From a virus, in IMG/VR virus record IMGVR_UViG_3300037483_001012, positions 1-64,000 of that record: a stretch of DNA of 64,000 nt; one strand, given 5' to 3'. The number at the start of each line of letters is the position of its first letter. Position 1 is the stretch's first letter. Under the pieces are notes generated by a model. That model made no database searches, had not been told where the DNA came from, and worked only from the letters and a program-made list of their open reading frames with translations. Below, in pieces: positions 37,401-46,654 of this stretch. The position numbers and the translations under genes were made by a program.

Positions 37401-38773
37401 CGAGTAAGTCCCGTGTTGACCCGGTCCTCGGCCCCGGCGAGGTCGTCAGCGAATTTGATTGCACGCGCCGAAACGTTGGGCCCGATGCTCGCCAATTCGC
37501 GCTGCCCGGCCCGCAATTCATTAAAGGCCTTTTGCGCCGCTTCCCTAGCCTTATTGATCTGCTGATCGGCGCGCTGGACCGCCTTGACCGCCGACTGATC
37601 CGCAAATTCAGCGACATCCCCGCTGCGCAGCGCCTTGGCAAACGTTGCACTTTTAGCCGCGGAGTCGGCGGAAGCGGTCGAAAGAACCCTGATTTGATCC
37701 TTCAGGCTGACCACGCGCTCGCGCGCCTCAACGGCGTCGGCCTTGATCGCCCTGACTATTCCGGTGCCGGCGCCGGCCAGTTTCTTACCGATGAATGCCG
37801 CGGCAAGGCCGCCACCGACCTGCGCGATCAGCGGAAGTAGCGTATCGAGATTATTCCCGATCGAGAGAATGCCGGTCGCCAACAGTCTGGTGGCGCCGTA
37901 GGTTTGGTTGACGTTCCCGAAAAACGCGGTGAGTTGGTTGTCGACCTGGGTCAGTGCCTGATCGACGGTCATGATCGACCTGGAAAACTGCTGGTCGATG
38001 CTGCCCGCAACCTTGCTCAGCGCGCCGAGGACGACGTCCGCGGTGAGCTTGCCCTCGAGCCCCATCTTGCGGAACTCGCCGAGCGTTACGCCGATGCCCC
38101 TGGCCAATTCAAGACCGAGCGGGGTTTCCAGCACCGCCCGGAGTTCTTCACCGCCGAGCCTGTTCGAAGCAATGGCCTGCGAAAACTGGATCGCGGCCGA
38201 TCGCGATTCCTGAATGGTGGCGCCACCGAGTTGCAGCGCCTTCTGGATCGTTTCGACGTATCGAAGAACCTCCTCCGCTCCTCGGTCCGGCGAGGCCTTC
38301 TGAATGCGCGAATAGAGAATGGCGGTCGATTCCAGGCCGGCGCGGCTGCGCTGGGCCACGGTCTGAACGGCCTCAAGCCGCGCCGCCAAGTCAGCCGCGT
38401 TGGACGAAACGACCCTGATCTGGTTCGACAGATTGGTGTAGGTGTCGGCGTATCGGATGATGAGATTGGTCGACAGCGCGCCGATAAATCCGGTGAACAC
38501 GCCGGTCGTCGCCAGCAACGAGCCACGCAACAGACTGGCGCGATCGGCCGCGCCCTCGAACGCGCGGCTGACCGCAATCAGACTGTAGGGACGGAAGTTC
38601 CGGGCGGCCGAACTTTGCCAAAACCGATCGACCGCCTTTTCACCAACGCCGGCGTTGCGCGCGATGTTGCGCGTAACGCCGCCCGTCACCGACTGCGCGC
38701 GCGTCATCGCCTGCGCGAACGGCTGAACGTCTGCCGTCAACGAGACGAATAGTGAGCCAATCGGAACGGCCAT
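34469..38773 (-). CDS. Tape measure protein
   Basis: 1434 aa, Ala-rich; QFSQAIAS..LGGEELR; C-terminal YHSGG and ESRPGGM. Confidence 0.93.
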   Translation of the reverse strand: MAVPIGSLFVSLTADVQPFAQAMTRAQSVTGGVTRNIARNAGVGEKAVDRFWQSSAARNFRPYSLIAVSRAFEGAADRASLLRGSLLATTGVFTGFIGALSTNLIIRYADTYTNLSNQIRVVSSNAADLAARLEAVQTVAQRSRAGLESTAILYSRIQKASPDRGAEEVLRYVETIQKALQLGGATIQESRSAAIQFSQAIASNRLGGEELRAVLETPLGLELARGIGVTLGEFRKMGLEGKLTADVVLGALSKVAGSIDQQFSRSIMTVDQALTQVDNQLTAFFGNVNQTYGATRLLATGILSIGNNLDTLLPLIAQVGGGLAAAFIGKKLAGAGTGIVRAIKADAVEARERVVSLKDQIRVLSTASADSAAKSATFAKALRSGDVAEFADQSAVKAVQRADQQINKAREAAQKAFNELRAGQRELASIGPNVSARAIKFADDLAGAEDRVNTGLTRQAKLVRDLAAARNHETASLGLQTTTGRLQSTGEATKARISIERELANAEKGIARDREVIVRRQVDIDNLQATAEKAAVDKRLEQARRVNTLRSTYQQSRLNVGLAGLDARSAQEAVTDSGTRNARTALTGQVADVSKLNAAIKPLTTNLLAAESAATQFGRAKAFVNRQSLALLGTLGGPWGVAITGAIVLMGALAAKSARAAQEIASAQKTIEQRLQKINAAGGKEQAGAGDSLLDARVKKTKSDIESIEKEYDRVLKIISDARVIQRAGTSGSDRQIVAAQNEVIELVRQYAQGSITVDDFNERLSKIQTAKPYINSLAEAARENAGALRGAAVAAKDYRAELDLLASGKLTAAQREGLSKLSGDGGERFRSTYDASESDKFKEAKSPLLARREIIDVQDLLRLRDQAYEVEKRYQDLKKQYPLLADEEVRANAAIIVGLDKAKKNYEEAEKAANSLAMELAKEETESASKKFTSDSDILQSYDIEASGIRARMEAREVEHTALVKYLQAQKNGTNLTYEVILQREKEQATLRQVASAYDEIESAAAAAALEEERAAGAAATAFGDFYSNIHNRIQQKLLKAQGKDIEARAQEIYFEGLKQNIPISYDVARSLAIQEDRADKLARAHERGRRAAEAFAERLARLKETAQGAFLGDIDRAVLEHGRAMKASADDLAAYVAAAKSGNFSGVSSKLIELRDIELLVKAGGEYRNIVQQYGTWEQIVPLVAEKQQQLNLAVQNGSITAGQAKLAYADFLASFQNYKWIDTTSDAIGNFADEAIADFDNVGVAAQNLAKTLAKIAYQEAFTNPLRNIVKGFLGQAGGGDLFSGLSGLFGGGGGGGGLGLSLTTTGGLYHSGGRVGDAAPMRTVSSFAGAPRLHSGLTSKEYKAILERGEHVLTEKMADRTGNVISGLSERVGRGAVQIMAPVQINLPSGANKTDIAQAQLVGNEAAKAMKNIAMQVFYDESRPGGMFNK

Positions 38774-38782
38774 TGCGCCTCG

Positions 38783-39070
38783 CTATAGGCTTTTCTTTGC
38801 CAATTCTCTGGCCTTCGCGAGAGCGACGAGCCCCTCGTCCGTCATCTCGGCGGTCTCGCCGAAAAGCTCGAACGCGTCCTTCGGAAATTCCTTCAGGCGC
38901 TGGAATAGGGCGATGTACCAGGCCTCCTGGATCACGCCTTTGCGGCGCTCTTGGATGTATCGGAAGGCCCTTCCTGGGGTGAGTTCGTCGAGCTCGGTCG
39001 GTCGGAGTCCGACCCGGAAAGCAGCTCGCTCGAGTTCGTCGAGGAGTTCTCCGGGTCGTTCGGAGGGTTT
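38783..39070 (-). CDS. Tail assembly chaperone, gpT-like frameshift extension
   Basis: -1 frame relative to 38932-39438; lies between chaperone and TMP; GLRPTELDELTP. Confidence 0.65.
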   Translation of the reverse strand, partial: KPSERPGELLDELERAAFRVGLRPTELDELTPGRAFRYIQERRKGVIQEAWYIALFQRLKEFPKDAFELFGETAEMTDEGLVALAKARELAKKSL

Positions 39071-39438
39071 TGCGCCCTGGAGAGCGCCTCCATCGCCCAA
39101 ATCTGGTACTCGATGAAGTCCTTCTCATGCACGGACAGATAAAGCGCGTGCAGGATCAGTTCGGCGAGTTTTGCGACGGAAAGCTCACCGCACTCCTCCA
39201 GTTTGATCGGCCTGGTCTTGCCGGCCGCGTCCTTCCCGCCGGCCTGGAGATAGATTTCCATCCACTCCATGTCGAACGAGTTGAGGCGGTCCGCGGCGTC
39301 GAGGAACCACTTTTCCCCCAGCCGTGTCTTGAGCGTGTGGCAGTCGCGGTGGCGGAAGATGATATGAAGCGGGACTCCCGCCACCGGAACGATCACTTCG
39401 CGGATCGGCTTGCGATCCTGGGTATCGGTATTGCTCAT
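38932..39438 (-). CDS. Tail assembly chaperone (gpG-like)
   Basis: Position between tail tube and TMP; in-frame slippery heptamer A AAC CCT at 39070-39064. Confidence 0.75.
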   Translation of the reverse strand: MSNTDTQDRKPIREVIVPVAGVPLHIIFRHRDCHTLKTRLGEKWFLDAADRLNSFDMEWMEIYLQAGGKDAAGKTRPIKLEECGELSVAKLAELILHALYLSVHEKDFIEYQIWAMEALSRAQNPPNDPENSSTNSSELLSGSDSDRPSSTNSPQEGPSDTSKSAAKA

Positions 39439-39449
39439 TAATCACCTGC

Positions 39450-39893
39450 TTACGGGATTTCGGAGAACGTGGTGCCGCCGGTGCAACGAACCGTCGCGGT
39501 GCCGCCGACCGGATCGTTCGGGTTGATATTGACGTCGCCCGGATTTTTGATGAAGCCGGCGCCGTTCTCGTACTTCGCCCAACCGGCGCCGCCGTAATTG
39601 ATGCGCCAATTGAATTGCGCGCCGCTCAAGAACTTGGTGAGCATGTTCGTGTGGGTGGCGTTGGTCGGGTCGAAGTGCGTTTCGAGCGCGATCGAGCCCG
39701 GATCCTTGAAGCCGGCACGCAACTCGCGGAAGCCGCCGGTCGAGGCGAGATGGGTAAAATCGATTTCTTCCGCATCGCGGCCGCTGAAGGCGATGCTGCG
39801 CACGTTCGCGACGGCCGTGAACACTTCCGGCGACGCGCCATCGCCCATTTCGAACGTGATACCGCGGCCGGTTTTACCCGTGGATTCGGTCAT
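39450..39893 (-). CDS. Major tail tube protein
   Basis: EEIDFTHLAS.GGFRE..AG.KDPG; AGGAG RBS. Confidence 0.88.
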   Translation of the reverse strand: MTESTGKTGRGITFEMGDGASPEVFTAVANVRSIAFSGRDAEEIDFTHLASTGGFRELRAGFKDPGSIALETHFDPTNATHTNMLTKFLSGAQFNWRINYGGAGWAKYENGAGFIKNPGDVNINPNDPVGGTATVRCTGGTTFSEIP

Positions 39894-39973
39894 TGTCGTC
39901 TCCTGATAATATTTGGGATGACGGCATCGGCCGTCCTCGCGAAGCCCGCTTTGGGTGCGGGCGCCCAGAAATC

Positions 39974-39993
39974 AAAAAAGCCCCTTGCGGGGC
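39974..39993 (-). terminator. Terminator-like hairpin upstream of the tail tube gene
   Basis: GCCCC-GCAA-GGGGC followed by T6 on the minus strand. Confidence 0.5.
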
Positions 39994-40016
39994 CTCGCTC
40001 GCTCAAACTGCGCTGG

Positions 40017-40433
40017 TCATCTCCAGCGAATTTTGTAGTCGCACGCCCGACGAAACGAGCTCCGATCGTCCGCGGAATCGCTGAAGTCAGAGCTTTCCTT
40101 CGAGATGTCGACGTCGGTTGCGACGTCCGGCGGCGACTCGTTATTGATCGCCACGGTCTGTTTCACGCAAGGGAAGTTGACCTTCAGCAGTTCGCCAAGC
40201 TTGTTCGCCTCGGACGCCGTTCTTCCGATGCAGTCGATCTGGATGCGCGAATCGTAATAGCCACCCCGGCCGGCGAGCATCTGTTCATCCGGTTCGTCGA
40301 TCAGATGAAGAACGAGATACGGAATCGGCGCCTCTTGCGGCGCCTGCATCGCATGGACCGCGCCTGCTCCAATGATCGACGTGATCGGCGCTATCGCCGA
40401 TATCCTGGTGACGGCGATCGCGAGCGCGCTCAT
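40017..40433 (-). CDS. Tail terminator (DUF3168-like)
   Basis: APQEAPIPYLV...RIQIDC; synteny. Confidence 0.8.
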   Translation of the reverse strand: MSALAIAVTRISAIAPITSIIGAGAVHAMQAPQEAPIPYLVLHLIDEPDEQMLAGRGGYYDSRIQIDCIGRTASEANKLGELLKVNFPCVKQTVAINNESPPDVATDVDISKESSDFSDSADDRSSFRRACDYKIRWR

Positions 40434-40888
40434 TGTTTGACCCCGCGGATCGTCCCGACGATGCCGCTCCAAATCTCCCGGCTGATGATGCGTACGGCAT
40501 CGCCGGCCTTCGCGTCATAGGCCGGCCGGATGAACGGTTTCGGTCGCGCCCCGGGGTGCATCCATCCGCCGCGCCACCGCGGCTGCCAGTGCGGCGCCGT
40601 TCCAAATTCGACCAAGTGAGCGATTTTGCGCGCACGGAGTTTGAAGGAAAGCCAGAACACCCGAAAGTATGTTCCTGTCGATTTCCGCTTGGCAATCACC
40701 ACGCCCTGATCGAGATGCCCGCCCTTCGGAGAGCCCGGCGTTCGCAAACGCATCGCGTTTTTTACCGTCTCATCCTTCATCGGCGTAAGGCCTGCAATAC
40801 AGGCCTGATCGAGAAACCTTCCCGGCGATTTGCCGATAGCCGCGAGCGTGCGGTTGAGCTTTGCCTGGCCTCGGATTACTGCCATCAC
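40430..40888 (-). CDS. HK97 gp10-like neck protein
   Basis: HLVEFGTAPH...HPGARPKPFIRPAYD. Confidence 0.88.
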   Translation of the reverse strand: MMAVIRGQAKLNRTLAAIGKSPGRFLDQACIAGLTPMKDETVKNAMRLRTPGSPKGGHLDQGVVIAKRKSTGTYFRVFWLSFKLRARKIAHLVEFGTAPHWQPRWRGGWMHPGARPKPFIRPAYDAKAGDAVRIISREIWSGIVGTIRGVKQ

Positions 40889-41220
40889 GCGTCCTGCAGC
40901 GTCGCTTCGATCACGCAGTCTTCGCGCCGTTGAAGGTCTGGAAGGATGGCCCGGATATCGTAGGTCTTGCTCTCAAAAGTGATGCGCATTGTCGTATCGA
41001 CGCCATCGACGTCGAGAAAATTGCAGCGAAACCGATACTTGATCTGAGAAAATAGCTGTTTCGTTTGCTGGTCGAAGTGTTCCTGGCCGGCCTTGGCGAC
41101 GATCTCGACGAACGGCGAGACAAAGGCCTGCCATGCGTAAATCTTCTGTTGAAGATCGTCGACTCCGGTCTCGACCTTATGCTGAATCTCGATCTTGTTG
41201 CGGCGCACCCCGTTGCGCAT
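40885..41220 (-). CDS. Head-tail adaptor/closure protein
   Basis: MRNG.RR.KIEIQ...MRITF..KTYDI; synteny. Confidence 0.85.
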   Translation of the reverse strand: MRNGVRRNKIEIQHKVETGVDDLQQKIYAWQAFVSPFVEIVAKAGQEHFDQQTKQLFSQIKYRFRCNFLDVDGVDTTMRITFESKTYDIRAILPDLQRREDCVIEATLQDA

Positions 41221-41224
41221 CGCT

Positions 41225-41845
41225 CTACTCCCATCCGTCGTAAGACACGGGAATCCGCAAGAGCGGCAACAGATAGTCGACGCCGTAGCTCGTCTTTCGG
41301 TTTGTCATCGCCGCGACGCGGTCGTTGATGCTCGCTTCCTTGTTCTCGATGTAGTCGGAGGCAAGGATTTTCAGCAACCGCTTGAGGTTCGGCGGGTACG
41401 TGTCGTAGCCGGCGTCAAAGGTGACGGCGACGGCCCGCGGATGGGTATCGGCCGACGGCCATGACTCGCCCGACTTCAACTCGATCTCGCCGATCGGCGC
41501 ACCGAGCCGAACGATGTAGGTGGTGGGATCGACGACCGGCGCCGGACTTGACCCGGTACCGTCTTCGTAGGCGATCGAGATGACCTCTTTGAGCGGCGGG
41601 AACGGGAGCCGGATGATCCCGCTAGTCGGAAATGCGCGGAGATATCTGACCCACCGGCATGGGAAAACGGTGCGATTGAGGATGCCGGTCAGGCCGTGCA
41701 GGCCGTCGGCCGCTTCCTTGATCGCGTCGCCGATCTCGGTATCCATCGACGAATTGGTGATCCGCAAGTGCGTCTTGAGGTCGGCGACCGAGACGATGTC
41801 AAGCCCGGTTGCGGTGGGCGCCGTGACCTCGACAATATCCAGCAT
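41225..41845 (-). CDS. Head-tail connector (gp6-like)
   Basis: VSVADLKTHLRI...LPFPPL...AVAVTFDAGY...YIENKEA. Confidence 0.88.
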   Translation of the reverse strand: MLDIVEVTAPTATGLDIVSVADLKTHLRITNSSMDTEIGDAIKEAADGLHGLTGILNRTVFPCRWVRYLRAFPTSGIIRLPFPPLKEVISIAYEDGTGSSPAPVVDPTTYIVRLGAPIGEIELKSGESWPSADTHPRAVAVTFDAGYDTYPPNLKRLLKILASDYIENKEASINDRVAAMTNRKTSYGVDYLLPLLRIPVSYDGWE

Positions 41846-41995
41846 CAGCGCGTCTCATAGCCTGGATTGCGGCCAGGCTGCATGTCGCGCGTGTCGTATC
41901 CGGACTTCTTGGCCGGCTGCATGTCGCGCGCCTTTTCCGGCTTGTCCTTTGGCCATACCGCTTGGGTCGGCTGTTCCGTGTTTTTCGGCTTATCG

Positions 41996-42643
41996 TTATT
42001 TTGCATTTTTGGCCTCCAACGCATCGAGTTCTGCGGCCAGGTCGACCATCGGAAAGATGCCAGGACCAAGTTCGGAACCCGGCGTCGCGTTGACCACGGT
42101 CAGGCCGCGCGCCGCCAGTTCCGGCTTGATCTCGGCAAAACGATCGCGGCGATCGGGAAAACTCGGCGGGCTGTAGGGCGGTCCGGAATTCTGAATTTCG
42201 GGTGGGTGCTCGCCGAACCAGTGGCTGCCGTGAAAATCGAACCCAACTAGGATATCGCGCGCCGCGCCGAAGTGGGCGGTGAGGTGAACCGCTTGATAGC
42301 CGCTATTCCCGCCGGAGCGGAGCGAGCCAGGATCTGGATCGAAGCCAGCGACCCCGCTATTGACCATGGTGAGCACGTCGGGGAATTCTGTTTCGTCGAG
42401 ACCGATCTTGAGGCCGCGGAACCCGGGGAGCCCACGGTGCAGCCGCCACCATCGGGCGTCGCACGCGTAACATAGATCGGCGAACCAGCACGGATAGACG
42501 GCATCGTTGATGGCGATGACCCGGATAAGATCCCGGGCCCGCGCCATTCCGATAAGACGGGCCTGAGCCGCGGAAAAAGAGCTGCCGCCTGCAACTATGC
42601 AGACGGCAGCGTCTTTCCAAATCGGCTCAGCTCGGTACCGCAT
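41996..42643 (-). CDS. DUF115/MptE-like or sialyltransferase-like (GT42-type) protein in the head cluster
   Basis: IVAGGSS...VIAIND...YACD..WW...GNSGYQAVHL..HFGA...LVGFD. Confidence 0.65.
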   Translation of the reverse strand: MRYRAEPIWKDAAVCIVAGGSSFSAAQARLIGMARARDLIRVIAINDAVYPCWFADLCYACDARWWRLHRGLPGFRGLKIGLDETEFPDVLTMVNSGVAGFDPDPGSLRSGGNSGYQAVHLTAHFGAARDILVGFDFHGSHWFGEHPPEIQNSGPPYSPPSFPDRRDRFAEIKPELAARGLTVVNATPGSELGPGIFPMVDLAAELDALEAKNAK

Positions 42644-43149
42644 TAGATCGGGCTGCCGACATTCCCGATCTTCAGCGACGAGGGCTGCCGGCTGTCGCCG
42701 AACAGCGCCATGATGGCGGCCCATTCGGCGGTGTCGGTACCGGACGCCGACAGGTTCGGCGTCGGCTGGACGCGGACGTAGCGGCCAGCACCGGACAGGT
42801 CGATATCGACCTCGGCGACGCCGGTCTCGGTCGAACCGCCGGAGTCGCCGGTGGCGACGGTGGTGGTGGCGATACCGGTGCCGTAGTCGGCCATATCGCT
42901 GCCGTCCGCCAACGCGCCGCTCTGAACCTGAACGGCGAACTTGAGCGTTTCGGCACCGCCGAGCGTGGTCGTGAACGGAAGCATGAGCTTGGCCGACATG
43001 GCCAGGCCGCCTTCGGTCGGGTGTTTCCGATCGATCACGGCACCGTCGACTTCCGTATTGTCGCCGCTACCCGCGGCGGTCGCGGTCTTGTTGATGGCCA
43101 CGAAGGCCGAGCGGCAGTAGGCGCCGCCATTGAGCAATTCACTCCGCAT
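42643..43149 (-). CDS. Putative capsid decoration protein
   Basis: Follows capsid gene; GAVIDR...RYVRV beta-sandwich pattern. Confidence 0.6.
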   Translation of the reverse strand: MRSELLNGGAYCRSAFVAINKTATAAGSGDNTEVDGAVIDRKHPTEGGLAMSAKLMLPFTTTLGGAETLKFAVQVQSGALADGSDMADYGTGIATTTVATGDSGGSTETGVAEVDIDLSGAGRYVRVQPTPNLSASGTDTAEWAAIMALFGDSRQPSSLKIGNVGSPI

Positions 43150-43190
43150 CGGAGTTCTCCTTCAGCAAGGGGTTGGGGAATGGCGGACGA

Positions 43191-43640
43191 TTACTGGCCG
43201 GCGTTGCCGTCGGCGCTTCCGGTCTGGGGCTGCGCCCCGTCACCGGCCGTCTGCGCCGCGGCTTCCGCGCGACGTTTCAGTTCCGCCTCGAGGAATTCAT
43301 CCGCCGCTTCGGTGGGCGTCTGACCATCCTTCGGGGCAAAGTCGGGATTGAGCCTCTTCGCGAGATTCACCCGCTTGAGTGGGTGCAAATCCTTCCATCC
43401 GTCCGGGATGTCGGCGGTTTCATCGTCGATTTTCGCCGCCGGCTTGGAGACGGTGGCGCCGAGATCGGCAACGTTATGGGTTTCGACACCAGCCGGGATG
43501 TCGGCGAAATCGGCATCGCCGTCGGCGACGGCCTTGCGCGCCTTGTCGGGGGTGAGACCGATGATCTCGCCGGCCTGATAAGGAAGCGACGCACGCTTGA
43601 GTTTGACCGGCACAAAGCCGGTTTTCGTGACAACTTTCAT
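43191..43640 (-). CDS. Hypothetical head-cluster protein
   Basis: YQAGEIIGL...AVADGDA; position after capsid. Confidence 0.7.
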   Translation of the reverse strand: MKVVTKTGFVPVKLKRASLPYQAGEIIGLTPDKARKAVADGDADFADIPAGVETHNVADLGATVSKPAAKIDDETADIPDGWKDLHPLKRVNLAKRLNPDFAPKDGQTPTEAADEFLEAELKRRAEAAAQTAGDGAQPQTGSADGNAGQ

Positions 43641-43704
43641 GGCATCCGCCTGCGTTTGGTTTGGTGGACCGGGACGCCGGCAGGCGCCCCGGTATTATTC
43701 AGGG

Positions 43705-45042
43705 TTACGCGCCCCAGCGCACGGCCGTCAGGACGGAGACGGCTTCGAGGTAGCGGATATCGACGTCGTGCTCGGCCTCGGCCTTGATCAGCGTCACGCC
43801 ATCCTGGAAGGCGTTGATCGTCTGGCTGCCGTTCACCACGGTCGCGGTGTCCGAAATCGCCAGTTGGATCGCCATCGAGTCGCCGAACATCACGTGGCCG
43901 AAGGCGATGAGATAGAGCTCGGATTCGTCGGTGCCGCCGCCCAGGTTGCTCGGGATCTGGGTGGTGACGCGAACCGTCCGCATGCGCCAGGTCGGGGTGG
44001 CCATCGACAATTCCGGGTAGATCCGGTTGCCGTTGCCGTCGCGCATGTTCTGCAGGTACTTGAACACGCGCGGGGACATGCGCCATTCGATGCCGAGCGG
44101 CGGGAGGTTAGCGTTCTCCATCCGCAGTTCGAGCTTCGCCGCGTCGGCCTCGACCTGCGCCACGGTGGGCGTCGTCGAGTTCGTCGCCGCAACGCGATAG
44201 ACGCCGACGATGTTGGTGATGCCGAGCGGCGAATCAACCCCGCCGGCGCCGCGGAACAGCGCGGAATCCATCGTGGTGCCCATCGCCGCGCTGAGGTCAC
44301 GCTCGACCCAGCCACGCAGTCCGGTGACGTTCCAGCGCAGAAGCTGGTTCGAAACCGGGACGATGCCGGCCAGCAACTTGGCCGACATATTGATCGATTT
44401 GAAGCTCGGCTGGGAAACGGCCGCCGCCTTGGTCTCGCCGCGATACGCCGCGGTCGAGCCCGCCGCAGCCGCCGGCTGCTTGTAGGTGCCGTTCTGCATC
44501 GGCAGGATGATCGGATTGCCCTGCAGGAAGGTCGTGTTCGGGCGGAGGATGTCGAGCATGTCGGTCGACATCGCCTCCGGCAGCAACACGCCGCCGGCCG
44601 TGGCATTGGCCGAATTCAACGTGCGCTGCTTCGAGCCGTTGAACTGAGCCGCTTCGAACTCACGCGCCACTTCGGCAAAGCCCATGGCCTCGAGAGCGCG
44701 GAAGGTCGGCTTGGCACCGCGCACGCCCTCTTCGCTATAGGCGCGAAGCATGGCGCACGCCACCAGGCCGATCTTTTCGGCCGGCACGAGCGTCTTCTTC
44801 GGTTCGGCCGGAGCGCCTTGGCTCGCCGGCTCGACGCGTTCCTGCGCGCCGGTGGCGAGACGGGCGCGCGCGGTCTCTGCATTTTCGAGGGTTTTGATCT
44901 CGGCCTCGATCTTCTCGGCTTCGGTCGTAAGGTCGCCAGCCGACTTGATCTGCTCGGCGGACAACGTTTCGGCGTCGTTCAGGGCCTTGAGCGCCTCGGC
45001 AATTTCTTTCAACCGGGCGCGCAGTTTCTCCAGGTGCTTCAT
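43705..45042 (-). CDS. Major capsid protein (HK97 fold, N-terminal delta domain)
   Basis: Coiled-coil N-terminus; AGGVLLPE; KLLAGIVPVSNQLL; RDGNGNRIY; AGGAG RBS. Confidence 0.95.
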   Translation of the reverse strand: MKHLEKLRARLKEIAEALKALNDAETLSAEQIKSAGDLTTEAEKIEAEIKTLENAETARARLATGAQERVEPASQGAPAEPKKTLVPAEKIGLVACAMLRAYSEEGVRGAKPTFRALEAMGFAEVAREFEAAQFNGSKQRTLNSANATAGGVLLPEAMSTDMLDILRPNTTFLQGNPIILPMQNGTYKQPAAAAGSTAAYRGETKAAAVSQPSFKSINMSAKLLAGIVPVSNQLLRWNVTGLRGWVERDLSAAMGTTMDSALFRGAGGVDSPLGITNIVGVYRVAATNSTTPTVAQVEADAAKLELRMENANLPPLGIEWRMSPRVFKYLQNMRDGNGNRIYPELSMATPTWRMRTVRVTTQIPSNLGGGTDESELYLIAFGHVMFGDSMAIQLAISDTATVVNGSQTINAFQDGVTLIKAEAEHDVDIRYLEAVSVLTAVRWGA

Positions 45043-45064
45043 GGGGGTCTCCTGTGGCACCAAT

Positions 45065-45089
45065 AAAAAAGGCGCCTTCTCGGCGCCTT
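45065..45089 (-). terminator. Terminator-like hairpin immediately upstream of the capsid RBS
   Basis: AAGGCGCC/GGCGCCTT stem followed by T-run on the minus strand. Confidence 0.5.
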
Positions 45090-45144
45090 CATTCCCTCGG
45101 TTAGCCCGGTCGGGATCGGTAACGGGCGACGTCGCCCGAAATTC

Positions 45145-46641
45145 TCAGGTGATGACGCCGTTCGCCTTCATGCGGGCGAGCGCAGCGCCGGTCGCGGCTT
45201 TCGCCGCCGCGATGGCTTCGGCGCTGGGCGGCGCCGGCTCATTGAACGTCGGCTCGACGCGGTCGGATTTCGTTGCGGCCGTGCCGAGCGCCTTCGAAAT
45301 CATCTCGGCCACGGACCGAAGGACGCCCATCGCAACGGGCTCGTGGTCAATCTTGGGGGCATTCTCTTCGGCCGACTTTTCGGGCTTTTCCGGCTCTTCG
45401 GCCTTATTGAGTTTGCTCATCTTTTTGTTGATGGCATCGATCTGGGCTTCGGTAATGCCCGGAACGGCCAGGGTTTGGTCCGGCCGGCCGTTGGCGCTAC
45501 GAACCTGAATTCGCTCGGAGCCCGAGACCATCAGGTCCTTCCGCTCGGGCGAAAGCAGATCCTGCGCCATCTCACGCTCGATAATAACGGTGTCGCCCTT
45601 CTCGATCGACGACAGCAGCGCCTCGACGGTTGCTTCGACCGACGGCTTTTCCGCCTGCCAGCCTTTCTCACCACGCTCGAGCGCGGGCGCATATTCGTGC
45701 GCCAGCGCATAGGTCCGCTTGTCGTCGGCCGCCTTGGTCTCAATGACATAGTTGACCTTCGCGGTCGCAGGGAGGTCGCCGAAATGCTTCCACTTCCCAT
45801 CGACAACCTTCAGCAGCGCCTTGACGTCGCCTTCGACCGCGGCGGTGGCGCCGGCGAGCGCCGGGGCCAGCTTTGCCACCTCGAATTCGATCGAGGCGAT
45901 ATCGGCCGCGTTCTTTTGCTCGTCGGTCACCGGCAACTGGACCTGTGACTTTTCCTCGACGACGGTGCGATACGCCGCCTCGTAATCCTTGCGCGGCATC
46001 AAGAGCCCGGCCGGGCTGCGAGACCAGTTGTCGAGGACGTCCTCAATCAGCTCCTTGGCGAGCCGCATATCGCCGCCGGCGCTTTTGGCCAATGCACCGG
46101 GATTTGCCGGAATCGCACAAATTGAGCATTCAACAAGTTCGCTCTTGACGAAGCGGTAGCCCTGCCAATTTCCCTCGTCGTCGACGATCATTTCGACTTC
46201 GTTCCAATCCGGAACAAAGCCGATGGAACAGGCTCTGATGCCACCGTTAGCCAGCATCCATTCCGTCTCTTCGATTTCCTTGATGGGGCCGTCGGCCGGC
46301 AAGAGAATGAAGTCGCCCTCCAGGCGCGCGGGGCGCCCCTTGAGCACCTTTTCCAGGTTGTCCCATTTCGCAACCGGCCAGGTGCGGCTCATATGAAACA
46401 ACAGCCCGACCGGATTGCGCTCAAACTCGGTCGTATCGACGCCGTCCGTCATGACGATGTCGCCGTAGCGATCGGCTTGCTGCGTCGACATCACAAAACG
46501 AGCCGACCGCGCCTCCTTGTCCCACGACGGCGGGGCCTTGAATGCTTTCACGATCGCGGTGCCACGATCGGTCTCCCGCGTGTGGTCCTTGCGCTTGGCC
46601 ATCGCCTCGTCGGCGGAGACCCGCTTTGTCTTCATCGGCAT
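45145..46641 (-). CDS. HK97-type prohead protease with long C-terminal extension
   Basis: DRYGDIV...NPVGLLFH...ACSIGF...ELVECSICAIPANPGAL. Confidence 0.9.
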   Translation of the reverse strand: MPMKTKRVSADEAMAKRKDHTRETDRGTAIVKAFKAPPSWDKEARSARFVMSTQQADRYGDIVMTDGVDTTEFERNPVGLLFHMSRTWPVAKWDNLEKVLKGRPARLEGDFILLPADGPIKEIEETEWMLANGGIRACSIGFVPDWNEVEMIVDDEGNWQGYRFVKSELVECSICAIPANPGALAKSAGGDMRLAKELIEDVLDNWSRSPAGLLMPRKDYEAAYRTVVEEKSQVQLPVTDEQKNAADIASIEFEVAKLAPALAGATAAVEGDVKALLKVVDGKWKHFGDLPATAKVNYVIETKAADDKRTYALAHEYAPALERGEKGWQAEKPSVEATVEALLSSIEKGDTVIIEREMAQDLLSPERKDLMVSGSERIQVRSANGRPDQTLAVPGITEAQIDAINKKMSKLNKAEEPEKPEKSAEENAPKIDHEPVAMGVLRSVAEMISKALGTAATKSDRVEPTFNEPAPPSAEAIAAAKAATGAALARMKANGVIT

Positions 46642-46654
46642 GGCTATCGCTCCA

